DNA from: an uncultured virus (IMG/VR IMGVR_UViG_3300025732_000031)
Taxonomy: Duplodnaviria; Heunggongvirae; Uroviricota; Caudoviricetes
IMG/VR virus record: IMGVR_UViG_3300025732_000031
Length of the DNA: 64,000 nucleotides
Strand: one strand, 5' to 3'
Both the position numbers and the translations under genes were made by a program. The notes beneath the pieces were generated by a model that saw nothing but the letters and a program-made list of their open reading frames with translations, had not been told where the DNA came from and did no database searches. Shown here piece after piece: positions 9,583-20,209 of the stretch; within the stretch, counting starts at the first letter, position 1, and each line of letters starts with the position of its first letter.

Positions 9583-12500
9583 TTAAGAATTAATATCGTC
9601 TTGAATAAATGAAAGTAAATCAATAGTCGGCGAATTGATTTGCCCTGGTAAATTAAATAATTGATCCATTTGCATTAATGCACTTGGTTTAGGATTGAAT
9701 AGAGATTTAGTTATACTTGTTGTTGTTTCTTCTACGGTAGTTTGAACTATTACTTCTTCTTTCGTTGTAGTATTAGTTGTCTTATCGACTTTATATATGG
9801 TCTGTGATCTGGGCTCATATCTCGTCGTATCTTCAGTAACAGTTATCTCATCTTCATAGTTTTCTATGACTGTAGTTTGAGTGGACGTTGGATATGTAAC
9901 ATACAAATCGATATCTCCTCCAGCAGATTCATTTGTAACTCTAAATTGAGTTTCATTAGAAGCTGCATAAGTGTGAGATCCTGAAGAATATGGTTGTCCT
10001 GAGCCGCCGTCGTTGTATACTTGTTGCCACGATCCAGAAAGATAACGCTGTAGATTAATGCTTCCTGCAGCTTTTTGACCACCTCTCCTTGTTGTTATCG
10101 TTCCTCCTAATTTACTTGCTGTAAATGTCATAAGCACTGCGTCCTCAGCTGGCTTTTGTGTTATTCTTGGACCATATGAACCTAAAGCACCGGCTACATC
10201 TTTTACAACATTTCTTTGTTTAATAACTTTCTTTTTAACTTGTTTCTTTTCACCAACGAGTTCTTGATATTCTTGTTCTTGAGTCTTTAGTTCCCATTCT
10301 TCTACTGTGATTTCATTGATATTGGTAGTAGTTTTAGTTATTTCTGTTCCAGTAGTCGTGAACGTTGTTTCTGTTGTTGCTATTTGAATAGTCGTGGCTT
10401 CAGTTGCTTGCTTTTGTCCTATGAGAGTGATCTCTCTGCTAGGAAGCATGATTTTTTTACCACGAATACATCTTGCTGTTTCTGGATCATTAAAATTAAA
10501 GCTATATTCTAATTTGTATTGTTTTTTCTTTGGATTTAATTCAAATCCAAATATTTGAGCATAATAGCCAGGATCTCTTACTTCAGCAAAATTAGAAGTC
10601 GTAAAATTATCAACAAAGAAACCAAACTTAAATCTATTAGTTGTTGTATCTACTGAACTAGTTAATTGCAAGTTGTTAACAGAATCTTCAGTAAAGCTCA
10701 AAGAAGTATAGTATTCAAGATCTGCTATTCGTCTTTCAAGAGAAGCTATATCTTGCATTGTGTAAGGCTTACTTTGGATGGTTGGAAGACCATCTGGAGT
10801 AATTGGAGTAGAGATAGTATGATCTATTTGTCTCTTTTTAATTCCATTAACATTAACAGTTTTTTTATCTAAATACTCAATAGTAGATTTAGATAATGCT
10901 TTAGGCAAAGAAGGATAAGGAGGTATTATTAAGTGATTTAACAACAGTCCTTCTTTTGGCAATTTTGGTGCTTGTGGTTTTTCTGCTGGTGTTCCTGCTA
11001 CTACTTTGATAGCAGTATTACTTAAAACAATAACAGAATCAATTCTTGGTAAATATTTTTGAACAGTTATATCACACACCGAATCTGGCACTGGAAATTT
11101 CTTATCTACTACCACATTAAATCTAGTAGATGGAGTTGGCTCAAGCGGATTTATCGGTGCTCCGTTTACAGTCGTTGAAATTGCTACGGTATTTGATGAA
11201 TAAGGTCTAAAATCTAATGAATCTCTTAAGTCAAAATATTCACCATTATCATGTAATAATTCTGGAATTTCTAAAGTATGTATTCCAGCTGTATTCAAAC
11301 TTAAAGGAGTAGTGTCATTTATTGGATAAGATGATACAGTTTTCAATCCATTATCGGATACGGTCATCATGTCAAATCGTGCTAAAAGTAACTTATTAGA
11401 AGGAACTGTATACGCTGCATTTTTATACAAGAATCCAACATCATAATAATCTTTTCTTTGATTATGATCAATATAATAATTTTGAGTTACGTCTATATCT
11501 GTGTTTGAAACGGAAAGAAGATATTGAGTGGTGTCAGAAGGTGTTGCAGTAATATCTATTGCAGATCCGCCAGATGTTAATGATAATTTAACACCTATAG
11601 CATTAGCAGAAACTACATAATAAGATTGATTATTAGTCAATCCTCCAATTGCAGCGTTTCCTGTAGCTGTTCTGTAAACAACAACATCACCATCAGATAG
11701 AAAATCATTAGTAAAATTGATAAACTCTGTTGTTCCATTTACAATTGTTGTATTGCCGTTGAACTGAGTGGTTCTTCCTTCATATACGACTTTCAATCTA
11801 AAAATATCAGGATGTCCTAAACACCATGGACCTGTCGATCCTCCAAGATTAGTTGTAGGATCTATTTTAACAAAAACATCTCTTCTTATAGTTTTAGGTA
11901 TGCTTTGTGTTGACTTTCTAACATTATATGAAAGAGCAACTGGTACAGACGTGCTTAAAGTGTTGCCAATGCTAATATTTAATGTTGTATTAGATTGAAC
12001 GTTTGCTGTTCTACGATCATCTGAGAATCCAAGAGGAATAGGAGTGTATCTTGGAAAGAATAGTACAGCGTTTGCTGCTCCTAAATTATTAGCAAATGGA
12101 GTATCTACGGTAAGATGGGTTGCATTTGTTATCTTGACGATTCTTTTAATTTCAAAATCACCACCAGAGTTAGCAACTCGTATATAGTCACCAGTTCTAA
12201 ATGATGTTCTAAAGTTGGTAGAGACACCAATCAAATTAGCTACTGTGTCTCCACCAGCAGTAACAGTAACACCACCAGCTGCGTTTACGGTTGCAACTGT
12301 ATTTGCTAACGGAACAAGAGTAAGTGATCTTTTTTCTGCTTGAGTAAGAAGACTTGTATAATCAAAATATTCGCCAGGATTTTGTGCAACTGAAACTGAA
12401 ATTCTTCCATTAGTTCCAAGAGTCAAGTTATCTGTAGTAGTTCTATAAGTATAAGATATCGAATTTACTGAACTTAACGACTGCAATCCACTTGGGAAAA

Positions 12501-14517
12501 TTAAAGAACTATTTTTTGCGCTGTATACTACCGCTTTACCATCATCTAAGACTATGTCTGCTACACCATTATTATCACCAGTACCATCATAAAAGATACT
12601 TCTTACATCTTTAAAATTTTTACCCGTATTCATTCTAATATCAAAAAGATATATTATGTAAACTGTGTCAGATCCGCCATGTATACCTTCACTTATTTGC
12701 ATAGAGCGTATCTTTGCAGTTCCTATTTCAGCCCCGGCTGCAGATGGTACTGGAAATTGACTTGAAGATTGCGCATTTGTAGATGAAGAAAGATATGTTT
12801 TTGCTGCATTTCTTAATGATATTGAATCACCTACAGCAAAATTAAAGAACCCAGCAACTTCTTTAACGCGTATAAAATTACCGTAACTGATAGCAAGAGA
12901 AGTGTCTCTCGTAATAGTAGAAACAGATTTAGCTGCATCAACTAAAGTAGATGCTAGTGTTTGAACTCTGTATCCATCGATGTATGCAGTGCCAGGATCA
13001 GCTTTGGTTCTAAATACTAATGAATTTTGTGCAATATCATCTATGTCTTCTGTAGAAATTAAAAACTGATCTAATACATAATTACCACTTTGCTCAAAAG
13101 TTCTTTGAGCAAGTTCTTTAGCTATAGAATTAAATTGAGTTGTTTTTCTTTGTCTAGCAGGTTTACCAAGTGAATATTCTATCAAAGGTAAAAATAAATT
13201 GTTAGCATCTGATTGATCTTTTGTTATGCTAACTAATTTAGGAGTAAGTTTTAAGCGGTCTGCACCAGGAGCCCTTTCATTTAAAGAACCACTAGCGTTA
13301 TCCAGTAGGTTTTGATCTTGTCTAAACGTAATGACTTCTTCAATCGTATCAAATCCTACAACATTGTTCGTCTGTGCGTTGTACTTGTCTACTACTATGA
13401 ATTGATCATTTACACGAACAAAATGACCTTTTTGATATATTATGCCTTCAGAAACAGCTATACCAGTCCCAAAACCTAACGCAGTTGTAGAATCATTTAC
13501 TGTTACATTGCAAAGATAATTTTTTGAAGAAATTCTTAATGCATCTATGACTGAATTTGCAGTAGGGCTGGTGTTTGGCGTAGAATATGCTACTGTTAGC
13601 CATGGTTCTACATAATAACCCGTACCTCCATTCAATATAGCTACGCTCTTTATTCCGCCAGTAGAATCTGTTACTATTGTGCCAAACGCGTCTTTTCCTA
13701 TATTTCTTGTTAATACTGCAGTTATCTGTGATTGCGAAGAAGTAATTTCATAGTTTTCAGCAAATAACCAAGATGCAGCGTTTGCAAGTCTTAGGTTAGA
13801 AGCTAGAGGTCTAATTTTTAAAATTAAAGTTTCTACATTAGCCGTAGTATTTACTTCTCGTATTTCAGCTTGTGCGCCAGTAACCGATTGTGTAATTATT
13901 TCACCAACGGTAAACGTGCATGCTTGTCCTGAAGCATTTACAAAATCATCTCCACCTATGGTATTAGAAACTTCTATAGCGCTTACGATGATTAGGTTAT
14001 CAGTATTACTAAACCCTGTTGACTTAACTTCAACATCGGCTTCTGATACAACTAAAGATGGATTGTAAATTGTAACAACTTCACCTGCTGAAAATGCTGT
14101 TGCATTCGATGAAGAGCCTGATGATACATATTTTAAATGTAAAGTATTTAATTCTGGTGCTGTTGCTTCAAACCCAGATGAAGTTTCTACAATTTGAGCA
14201 ACTAAGTTATTAGCGTTTTTAGCAAAAAAGCCTTTAAATGACGAAACACTAACGGGCGCGCCATCTGTTTGCGTATCATTTATTTTTGCATACGGTAAAT
14301 TGGAGTGAAACGTGAAGTTGCACCCATCAATTATCGTTCCTCTCTTATAAACGTTATCGCCGAATCTTTCAATCTGATTCTGTAGAATCGTTTGTAATTG
14401 ATTTAACTCACGTACTTGTACTGCTACTGATGGCTTGAAAAGAATTCTATGATAATTATCTTTTTCTTTATAATCATCAAAGTAAGGAGCCCTTGTTAGG
14501 TCAGTTTGAATCGGCAT
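9583..14517 (-). CDS. Large baseplate-associated protein, N-terminal part of a DUF4815/VrlC-like family
   Basis: PYFDDY...RILFKP..AVQVRELNQLQTILQNQIERFG, APGADRLK, YTMQDIASLERRIADLEYYTSL, RFKFGFFVDNF. Confidence 0.75.
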   Translation of the reverse strand: MPIQTDLTRAPYFDDYKEKDNYHRILFKPSVAVQVRELNQLQTILQNQIERFGDNVYKRGTIIDGCNFTFHSNLPYAKINDTQTDGAPVSVSSFKGFFAKNANNLVAQIVETSSGFEATAPELNTLHLKYVSSGSSSNATAFSAGEVVTIYNPSLVVSEADVEVKSTGFSNTDNLIIVSAIEVSNTIGGDDFVNASGQACTFTVGEIITQSVTGAQAEIREVNTTANVETLILKIRPLASNLRLANAASWLFAENYEITSSQSQITAVLTRNIGKDAFGTIVTDSTGGIKSVAILNGGTGYYVEPWLTVAYSTPNTSPTANSVIDALRISSKNYLCNVTVNDSTTALGFGTGIAVSEGIIYQKGHFVRVNDQFIVVDKYNAQTNNVVGFDTIEEVITFRQDQNLLDNASGSLNERAPGADRLKLTPKLVSITKDQSDANNLFLPLIEYSLGKPARQRKTTQFNSIAKELAQRTFEQSGNYVLDQFLISTEDIDDIAQNSLVFRTKADPGTAYIDGYRVQTLASTLVDAAKSVSTITRDTSLAISYGNFIRVKEVAGFFNFAVGDSISLRNAAKTYLSSSTNAQSSSQFPVPSAAGAEIGTAKIRSMQISEGIHGGSDTVYIIYLFDIRMNTGKNFKDVRSIFYDGTGDNNGVADIVLDDGKAVVYSAKNSSLIFPSGLQSLSSVNSISYTYRTTTDNLTLGTNGRISVSVAQNPGEYFDYTSLLTQAEKRSLTLVPLANTVATVNAAGGVTVTAGGDTVANLIGVSTNFRTSFRTGDYIRVANSGGDFEIKRIVKITNATHLTVDTPFANNLGAANAVLFFPRYTPIPLGFSDDRRTANVQSNTTLNISIGNTLSTSVPVALSYNVRKSTQSIPKTIRRDVFVKIDPTTNLGGSTGPWCLGHPDIFRLKVVYEGRTTQFNGNTTIVNGTTEFINFTNDFLSDGDVVVYRTATGNAAIGGLTNNQSYYVVSANAIGVKLSLTSGGSAIDITATPSDTTQYLLSVSNTDIDVTQNYYIDHNQRKDYYDVGFLYKNAAYTVPSNKLLLARFDMMTVSDNGLKTVSSYPINDTTPLSLNTAGIHTLEIPELLHDNGEYFDLRDSLDFRPYSSNTVAISTTVNGAPINPLEPTPSTRFNVVVDKKFPVPDSVCDITVQKYLPRIDSVIVLSNTAIKVVAGTPAEKPQAPKLPKEGLLLNHLIIPPYPSLPKALSKSTIEYLDKKTVNVNGIKKRQIDHTISTPITPDGLPTIQSKPYTMQDIASLERRIADLEYYTSLSFTEDSVNNLQLTSSVDTTTNRFKFGFFVDNFTTSNFAEVRDPGYYAQIFGFELNPKKKQYKLEYSFNFNDPETARCIRGKKIMLPSREITLIGQKQATEATTIQIATTETTFTTTGTEITKTTTNINEITVEEWELKTQEQEYQELVGEKKQVKKKVIKQRNVVKDVAGALGSYGPRITQKPAEDAVLMTFTASKLGGTITTRRGGQKAAGSINLQRYLSGSWQQVYNDGGSGQPYSSGSHTYAASNETQFRVTNESAGGDIDLYVTYPTSTQTTVIENYEDEITVTEDTTRYEPRSQTIYKVDKTTNTTTKEEVIVQTTVEETTTSITKSLFNPKPSALMQMDQLFNLPGQINSPTIDLLSFIQDDINS

Positions 14518-14521
14518 TTAA

Positions 14522-17500
14522 CTAAAACTCCAGAATTAGCTTGATAGTTTCTGATTGTGTATTTGATCTAGAAATTGGTTCTATATTTTCTATATATATG
14601 ATGTCACCCGAACCTCTTACAAAATCACCTTCATATTTATACGTGGATCCGCTGTCTAGAACTACTGTAGTTCCTGAATCTTCACCTACTACGGTATTTC
14701 CTGCATAAAATAGTCCAGTTGCTCTAACCACTTTAAACGCAGTAGAGTTAGCTGAATGAATATATGCTATAGCTGAGTTGTTTATACCACTTCTAACTAT
14801 TTCATCTTCCTGGAAATTTTGTGGACTTCCAGAACTTACAAAATATGTGAATAGTTGGTCCACGTTCGTTCCAGTTTTTACCATATCATTGTAAGATACT
14901 TGTAACACATTTGCTGAAGCACGCGAGGATATGCCAATGATATCATTTGACGTGACAAACAAACCAGTAGCGTTAGTTACTTGCACATAATCAGCGCCTC
15001 TTTCTTTTATGTTTCCTTTTGCATTTATTTTAGCAACAGAGATAGCAGCAGCAGTATTAGTAAACGATGGAAATTCAGTAACAGATAACCAAGTTGAATT
15101 TGAAACTTCATCTACTGTAAGGATCTGTGATTCGGACGTAGTTTCTACGTATATTTTATCACCAGCTGATATGGAACTATCAAAAGTGGTACGGTTATCG
15201 CTGAGTATAAGATTAAGATTAGAAGATTGTGTTGTTGTAAAAAATAAATTTGAACTATCGGCTACTTGTATTTCAATAGAAGCAGGAGTAGATAGTGTTA
15301 CGATTTCAGTTGTATTTCCAATCGTCGGTGCATATATTAGATTAGCTACTAAAGTCGGTGATGCTTTAACGTTCAACGTTAAGTCAGCAAACTGGCCAAT
15401 AGAAGGATTACCATTAGCGTTGTAGACACGTAATGTAGTTGTCTTTGCAACTTTTGCAACAAGATTAGCGTTTGTTCCATTGGCAGTTCCACCAATGCTA
15501 TTTGCAACTTCTACTCCAGGCGCACATTCATAATTTTCTCCGCCGTTTAATACAAATGCACGAACAATACCCCCAGTAGAATTAGTTAGAAGAATAGCAT
15601 TTGCGCCAGTACCCCCGCCGCCGCAAAAATCTATTGTGTCTGCATTAGAATAACCAGAACCACCTGAAATAATTTCAATCTCAGACACATACCATGGAAT
15701 GATTCCTCGGCCTCTATTTGTTAACTGAGTAGAAACAATAGTTCCAGTCACAGTGGTTTCAAGGTTTGCTCTAGCCGCACTTCCTCCCGGTGAAGAAATT
15801 AATATGTAATCAGTGTTACTGTAACCAGTTCCTCCATCGGAGATTCCAATTGAACTTACAACATTTGTATTAAAATATCGTACATCTCCACCTGTTGAAT
15901 TAACAACATACATGTTTAAAGACGATGTATTGACGAATCCGTACCCACTAACGTTCAATGTTACACCAGTCATGCCTCCAGTTGCATTTGTTATAGCATT
16001 TCCTATTGCGTTGATATTTCCATTAGTTACATATACAACATCTGTGTTGACTGCAAATCCATCATAAACACTATTTGCTACTACTATATCTTGAATAATG
16101 ACACCGTTTAGATAACGCGTGTTTCCTCCAGAAGAATTAGCAACTAAAATTTTCAAATTAGCTGTAGTGAATCCTTTTCCTGAGTCAGTAAGGTTTGTGG
16201 TATACGCTGGAGTGGCTTGGTATTCAAGAATAGCGTCTGAAGAAACTGAACCAGTCATCCACAGTTTTCCTAAACTATGGTTTAAGTATACTGCCGTAGG
16301 TCCTGTCTCTACTCTTTCAAAATTAAGATTTGCATAAGAAGACGTTACTATAGATTGAACGTTCCAAGCTTCTGTAAGATTAAAAGAATATAGTATCGAT
16401 CGTCCTGATTCAACGATATATATAACATCACCGCTGCTGTTCAATGAAACGCTCTGATACGCTGGATTAGCAGGTCCTCCAGATATATTTGGATTTACGT
16501 TTGCATTGTACGTTGCGGTTGATATGCTCCAAGGAGTAGATAGATCATATTGCTGTATTCTATCTGCAGTCGTTCCTACAAGATAAGCGCGAGTGCCGTC
16601 TGGTTTGAACCATAATCCAGTAGGAGCTGTTTCTCTAGCAAACGTAGTTACGTTTGCAACATAAGACATAGTTTGAACATTCCAGGCTTGTGATAATGAG
16701 AATTGTAAGATACCGTTAGCTGCACCAGTCGTATTTGCTGTAGGAACATATATTGAAGTACCATTCGCGGTTATGTATAAATCATTTGGATTAGTATGAA
16801 AAAGAGCACCGGTAGCAGTATTACCTGCGTGCGTAGAAGTTGTAACGTCCCATGCAGTGCTTAAATCATATTGTTGAATTTTTCTACCTGCTACACCTGA
16901 TCCAATAATAAAAAATCTAGTTCCATCTGGTTTAAAAAATATTCCAGTAGGTATTGGTTCTTGTGTTTGTAAAAACCTACTTCTACCAGTGTAATACATA
17001 TTAAATATGTTTGAAATTTGACCATTCGCTATTACGTTGGCAGTTCCATTTGCTGTTCCACCATAAAATATAATCTGATCATTATTTGCAAAATTTTCAG
17101 CAACACCTTCTAACTCTACTCTAAAAGCACCACTAGAACCAGCTGTGTCTAAAATAGATACAGTTGGTTCTTGAGTGTAACCAAACCCTGAATTTGCTAA
17201 TACTGCAAAATTCAACAATCCGCCTGCTGTATTAACAAAAAATGCTGTAGCGCCATAGCCACCATCACTACTTGTGATGACAAGAGAATTTGCTAAGACT
17301 GGTATTAAGTTTGCACCTATTCCATTTGCTTGGGCATTGATCGAGATCGTAGTAACGCTTCTTAAATATTGTGAAGTGTCTTGAGTTGTTGCTGTTATAT
17401 TAATAGCAGCACCGTTTAAAGTATTCGCTAATTTTATGCCTGTACTGTTTGCTCCTACTATGTAGTATACTTGATTATTAGTTAAGCCGCCTATAGTAGG

Positions 17501-20197
17501 TTGACTAGGAGCAGAAAAATATTGAACCGCTTGGCCATTTGCTAATGGGCCGGGAGTAATTGTAATAAAATCGTCAGCTGAACTTACGTTTGAAGTATTT
17601 CCAGCAAAAACAATAAGGTTTGCATAACCAGTTCCATTAGCAACCATTGTGACTGAGATGATTTTACCTGTACTATCATTAGAAAAAGTAGCGTTTGCAC
17701 CAGAGCCAGAACCACTAAATACTAATATATTATTTGCAGTGGAGTTATAACCAATTCCACCATTTTCTATATCAACTCGTAATACTTTAGTAGAATCATA
17801 ACCACTTCCTGTAGCCGTAACAATTATATTTTTTATCCTGTATGAAGGAGCACTGTTACTTATAGTCGCAGAACTGACTATTTTGCTATCAAATCTTCTT
17901 ACAAATCCTCCGGTAGAGTTTGATACAAAATAATTAAGATTTGTATTTCCGATATTGAATCCAAAATTATTTCCAGCATTCACATTTGCAAAATTTAAAG
18001 ACCCGTCTACATTTGTAGCTATATTCGCTACAGCATTTCCGTTTACACTAGATGGGCTAACGATTGTCATTATGTCTGAATTGGAATATAAACTTATATC
18101 TCCATTAGCGTTTTTAATTACACTAATAACTTTAGCGCCGTTTGAATAGCCGCCAGATGCATTTGCAATCTTAACACTTAATCCGTTTGCTTGAAGTACG
18201 GGTGTTATGACGGCCGATACTGTTGGAGAACCATAGGGTGTAACAGTTGGTACTGAAGTGTAACCAATTCCTCTATTCGTAAGAGATATGCTAACAATGT
18301 TGCCAGTAGCATTGTTGACGAATGTTGCAACTGCGCCTGTTCCACCACCACCTGTAAACGCTATTTGGTTGTTTACAGTGGAGTTATACCCCCGACCAGC
18401 ATTAACAATTGTTAAATAAGCAATTTCATTACTAGCAAACCCCTTACCGCTATTGGTAATGGTGATGTTTGATATTCCACCAGTTGCATTAGTAGACAAT
18501 ATAGCTATAGCATTAACGATAGCTGACGTACTAGATATTTGAATAATATCATTATTATTATAAGATAATCCGTTTGCGGATGCGCTTAATCCAGTAATAA
18601 TTTTAGAATTAAAGTGTCTTACGTTTCCGCCTGTAGCATTTGCAGATGTTATCACCGCGGAAGATGTATCGCTTATTCCATATCCTGCAGAAGATAATGG
18701 AAGGCTTGATAGATAGCCAGTAGAATTAGAAACTACAGTCGCTGTAGCGTTTATCACCACATTAGATACTGTTACTATATCTGTATTTGAAAACGTAATA
18801 TTTCCCGAAGAAACTACTTGAATAGCAGTCAAGGTGCCGATACTAAAAATGTTTTTGCTACTGGAATCTACACCTACAGTGCCATTAATTTTATTTAATT
18901 TTGCTTGTATTAGTTCTTCACCATCAGAAAAACCAACACCAGACAAAGAGTCATACGTCAATTTTACATCGTTGAATTTTGGATCTTTTAATAATCCTAC
19001 TGTTCTAAAATCATTGTCTGTTGATATTTCACCATTTTCACTATTAGAAAACTTAACGCTTATTCCCATGTTAGTTGCAAATAATTCAGATTCTGCATCG
19101 TAACCATGGCCCCCTTTAGGTGAATAAATGACTCTCAGTTCTGCTTGATTAATTGAATTAGATAACTTAGCAACTGGATTAGCGTAAGCATTTGCTGTTG
19201 CAAGAAAATAATCTTTTCCTTTATTTAAAATTTCAATCTTATAAATGGTATTTGCAGCTGTAGCATTGATTAAAGCTCTTGCTTCTGCGTTTATAGTTTG
19301 GCGGCCATCACCTGTAATAATTACTTCAGGAGAAATTTCAAAATTGCTTGTTGTTGGAGTCACTAAAAATGGTTCATCTATAGTAACAACATAATATCCT
19401 GAAACTTGATCGTATGATACTATTTTTCTATATTGGCCAATTCCATCTCCAGACACAATCTTCAAGATACAACCTTCATAGAAATCAGTGTTAGATGCTG
19501 CGTTTGCAGAAGTAATCCTGTACTGAATTGCCGAACCATTGTATCTTACATCTGAAGCAGTGAATGATCCTTCTAAGTGATTATTATAATCTTTTCCACC
19601 AGACACAATCTTTATTACGTCTATCTCACCGCTTATTGCATTTGCTGATACGTTTGCATCTGGAATGACGGGTATATAATCTATTGTTGAAAATTTATTG
19701 AAAGTAGTCTGATCTATTTGATACATGTATTTCCAGATGTATCCATCAGCCGTTTCATAATAAACATCGTCAGCAGACGTTGCACTAAATATTGGTTGGC
19801 TCGTTGATGCTATTCCTTCTTTATTATATAAACATTTAAAGACGTAATAAGTACCACCTTCTTTTGAAACTACAAAGAAAGCTTTGTCTTTTAAATTTTT
19901 ATCTAGACTATCATACATATCATAGACAGTGCCAGTTGTCCAATCATACCTAGATACTAATGGCTTAACATCATTTGAAGTGACTTTTTTGGCAAGAATC
20001 ATTTCATCATAGACACGAGTTGTCAACGACTCGATGTCAGTATTGGGTGTATCGATAGTGTTGTCACCCAAAAGATATTGAGTAGGCTTTCCTGCAAAAA
20101 CGTAATATATTGTATTTGCTGGTTCAGTAATTGACTCTATAAATTGGCGAATATGGTGAAGCTTAAATTCTGGTGTTACTATTTTATTACTAGCCAT
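14522..20197 (-). CDS. gp8: Baseplate wedge subunit gp8 with very large internal insertions
   Basis: RYDWTTGTVYDMYD, VFKCLYN, DGYIWKYMY, PKGGHG and C-terminal SGDIIYIENIEPISR...QSETIKLILEF; follows gp6 and gp7. Confidence 0.8.
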   Translation of the reverse strand: MASNKIVTPEFKLHHIRQFIESITEPANTIYYVFAGKPTQYLLGDNTIDTPNTDIESLTTRVYDEMILAKKVTSNDVKPLVSRYDWTTGTVYDMYDSLDKNLKDKAFFVVSKEGGTYYVFKCLYNKEGIASTSQPIFSATSADDVYYETADGYIWKYMYQIDQTTFNKFSTIDYIPVIPDANVSANAISGEIDVIKIVSGGKDYNNHLEGSFTASDVRYNGSAIQYRITSANAASNTDFYEGCILKIVSGDGIGQYRKIVSYDQVSGYYVVTIDEPFLVTPTTSNFEISPEVIITGDGRQTINAEARALINATAANTIYKIEILNKGKDYFLATANAYANPVAKLSNSINQAELRVIYSPKGGHGYDAESELFATNMGISVKFSNSENGEISTDNDFRTVGLLKDPKFNDVKLTYDSLSGVGFSDGEELIQAKLNKINGTVGVDSSSKNIFSIGTLTAIQVVSSGNITFSNTDIVTVSNVVINATATVVSNSTGYLSSLPLSSAGYGISDTSSAVITSANATGGNVRHFNSKIITGLSASANGLSYNNNDIIQISSTSAIVNAIAILSTNATGGISNITITNSGKGFASNEIAYLTIVNAGRGYNSTVNNQIAFTGGGGTGAVATFVNNATGNIVSISLTNRGIGYTSVPTVTPYGSPTVSAVITPVLQANGLSVKIANASGGYSNGAKVISVIKNANGDISLYSNSDIMTIVSPSSVNGNAVANIATNVDGSLNFANVNAGNNFGFNIGNTNLNYFVSNSTGGFVRRFDSKIVSSATISNSAPSYRIKNIIVTATGSGYDSTKVLRVDIENGGIGYNSTANNILVFSGSGSGANATFSNDSTGKIISVTMVANGTGYANLIVFAGNTSNVSSADDFITITPGPLANGQAVQYFSAPSQPTIGGLTNNQVYYIVGANSTGIKLANTLNGAAINITATTQDTSQYLRSVTTISINAQANGIGANLIPVLANSLVITSSDGGYGATAFFVNTAGGLLNFAVLANSGFGYTQEPTVSILDTAGSSGAFRVELEGVAENFANNDQIIFYGGTANGTANVIANGQISNIFNMYYTGRSRFLQTQEPIPTGIFFKPDGTRFFIIGSGVAGRKIQQYDLSTAWDVTTSTHAGNTATGALFHTNPNDLYITANGTSIYVPTANTTGAANGILQFSLSQAWNVQTMSYVANVTTFARETAPTGLWFKPDGTRAYLVGTTADRIQQYDLSTPWSISTATYNANVNPNISGGPANPAYQSVSLNSSGDVIYIVESGRSILYSFNLTEAWNVQSIVTSSYANLNFERVETGPTAVYLNHSLGKLWMTGSVSSDAILEYQATPAYTTNLTDSGKGFTTANLKILVANSSGGNTRYLNGVIIQDIVVANSVYDGFAVNTDVVYVTNGNINAIGNAITNATGGMTGVTLNVSGYGFVNTSSLNMYVVNSTGGDVRYFNTNVVSSIGISDGGTGYSNTDYILISSPGGSAARANLETTVTGTIVSTQLTNRGRGIIPWYVSEIEIISGGSGYSNADTIDFCGGGGTGANAILLTNSTGGIVRAFVLNGGENYECAPGVEVANSIGGTANGTNANLVAKVAKTTTLRVYNANGNPSIGQFADLTLNVKASPTLVANLIYAPTIGNTTEIVTLSTPASIEIQVADSSNLFFTTTQSSNLNLILSDNRTTFDSSISAGDKIYVETTSESQILTVDEVSNSTWLSVTEFPSFTNTAAAISVAKINAKGNIKERGADYVQVTNATGLFVTSNDIIGISSRASANVLQVSYNDMVKTGTNVDQLFTYFVSSGSPQNFQEDEIVRSGINNSAIAYIHSANSTAFKVVRATGLFYAGNTVVGEDSGTTVVLDSGSTYKYEGDFVRGSGDIIYIENIEPISRSNTQSETIKLILEF

Positions 20198-20209
20198 TTC
20201 GTTCTCTTT

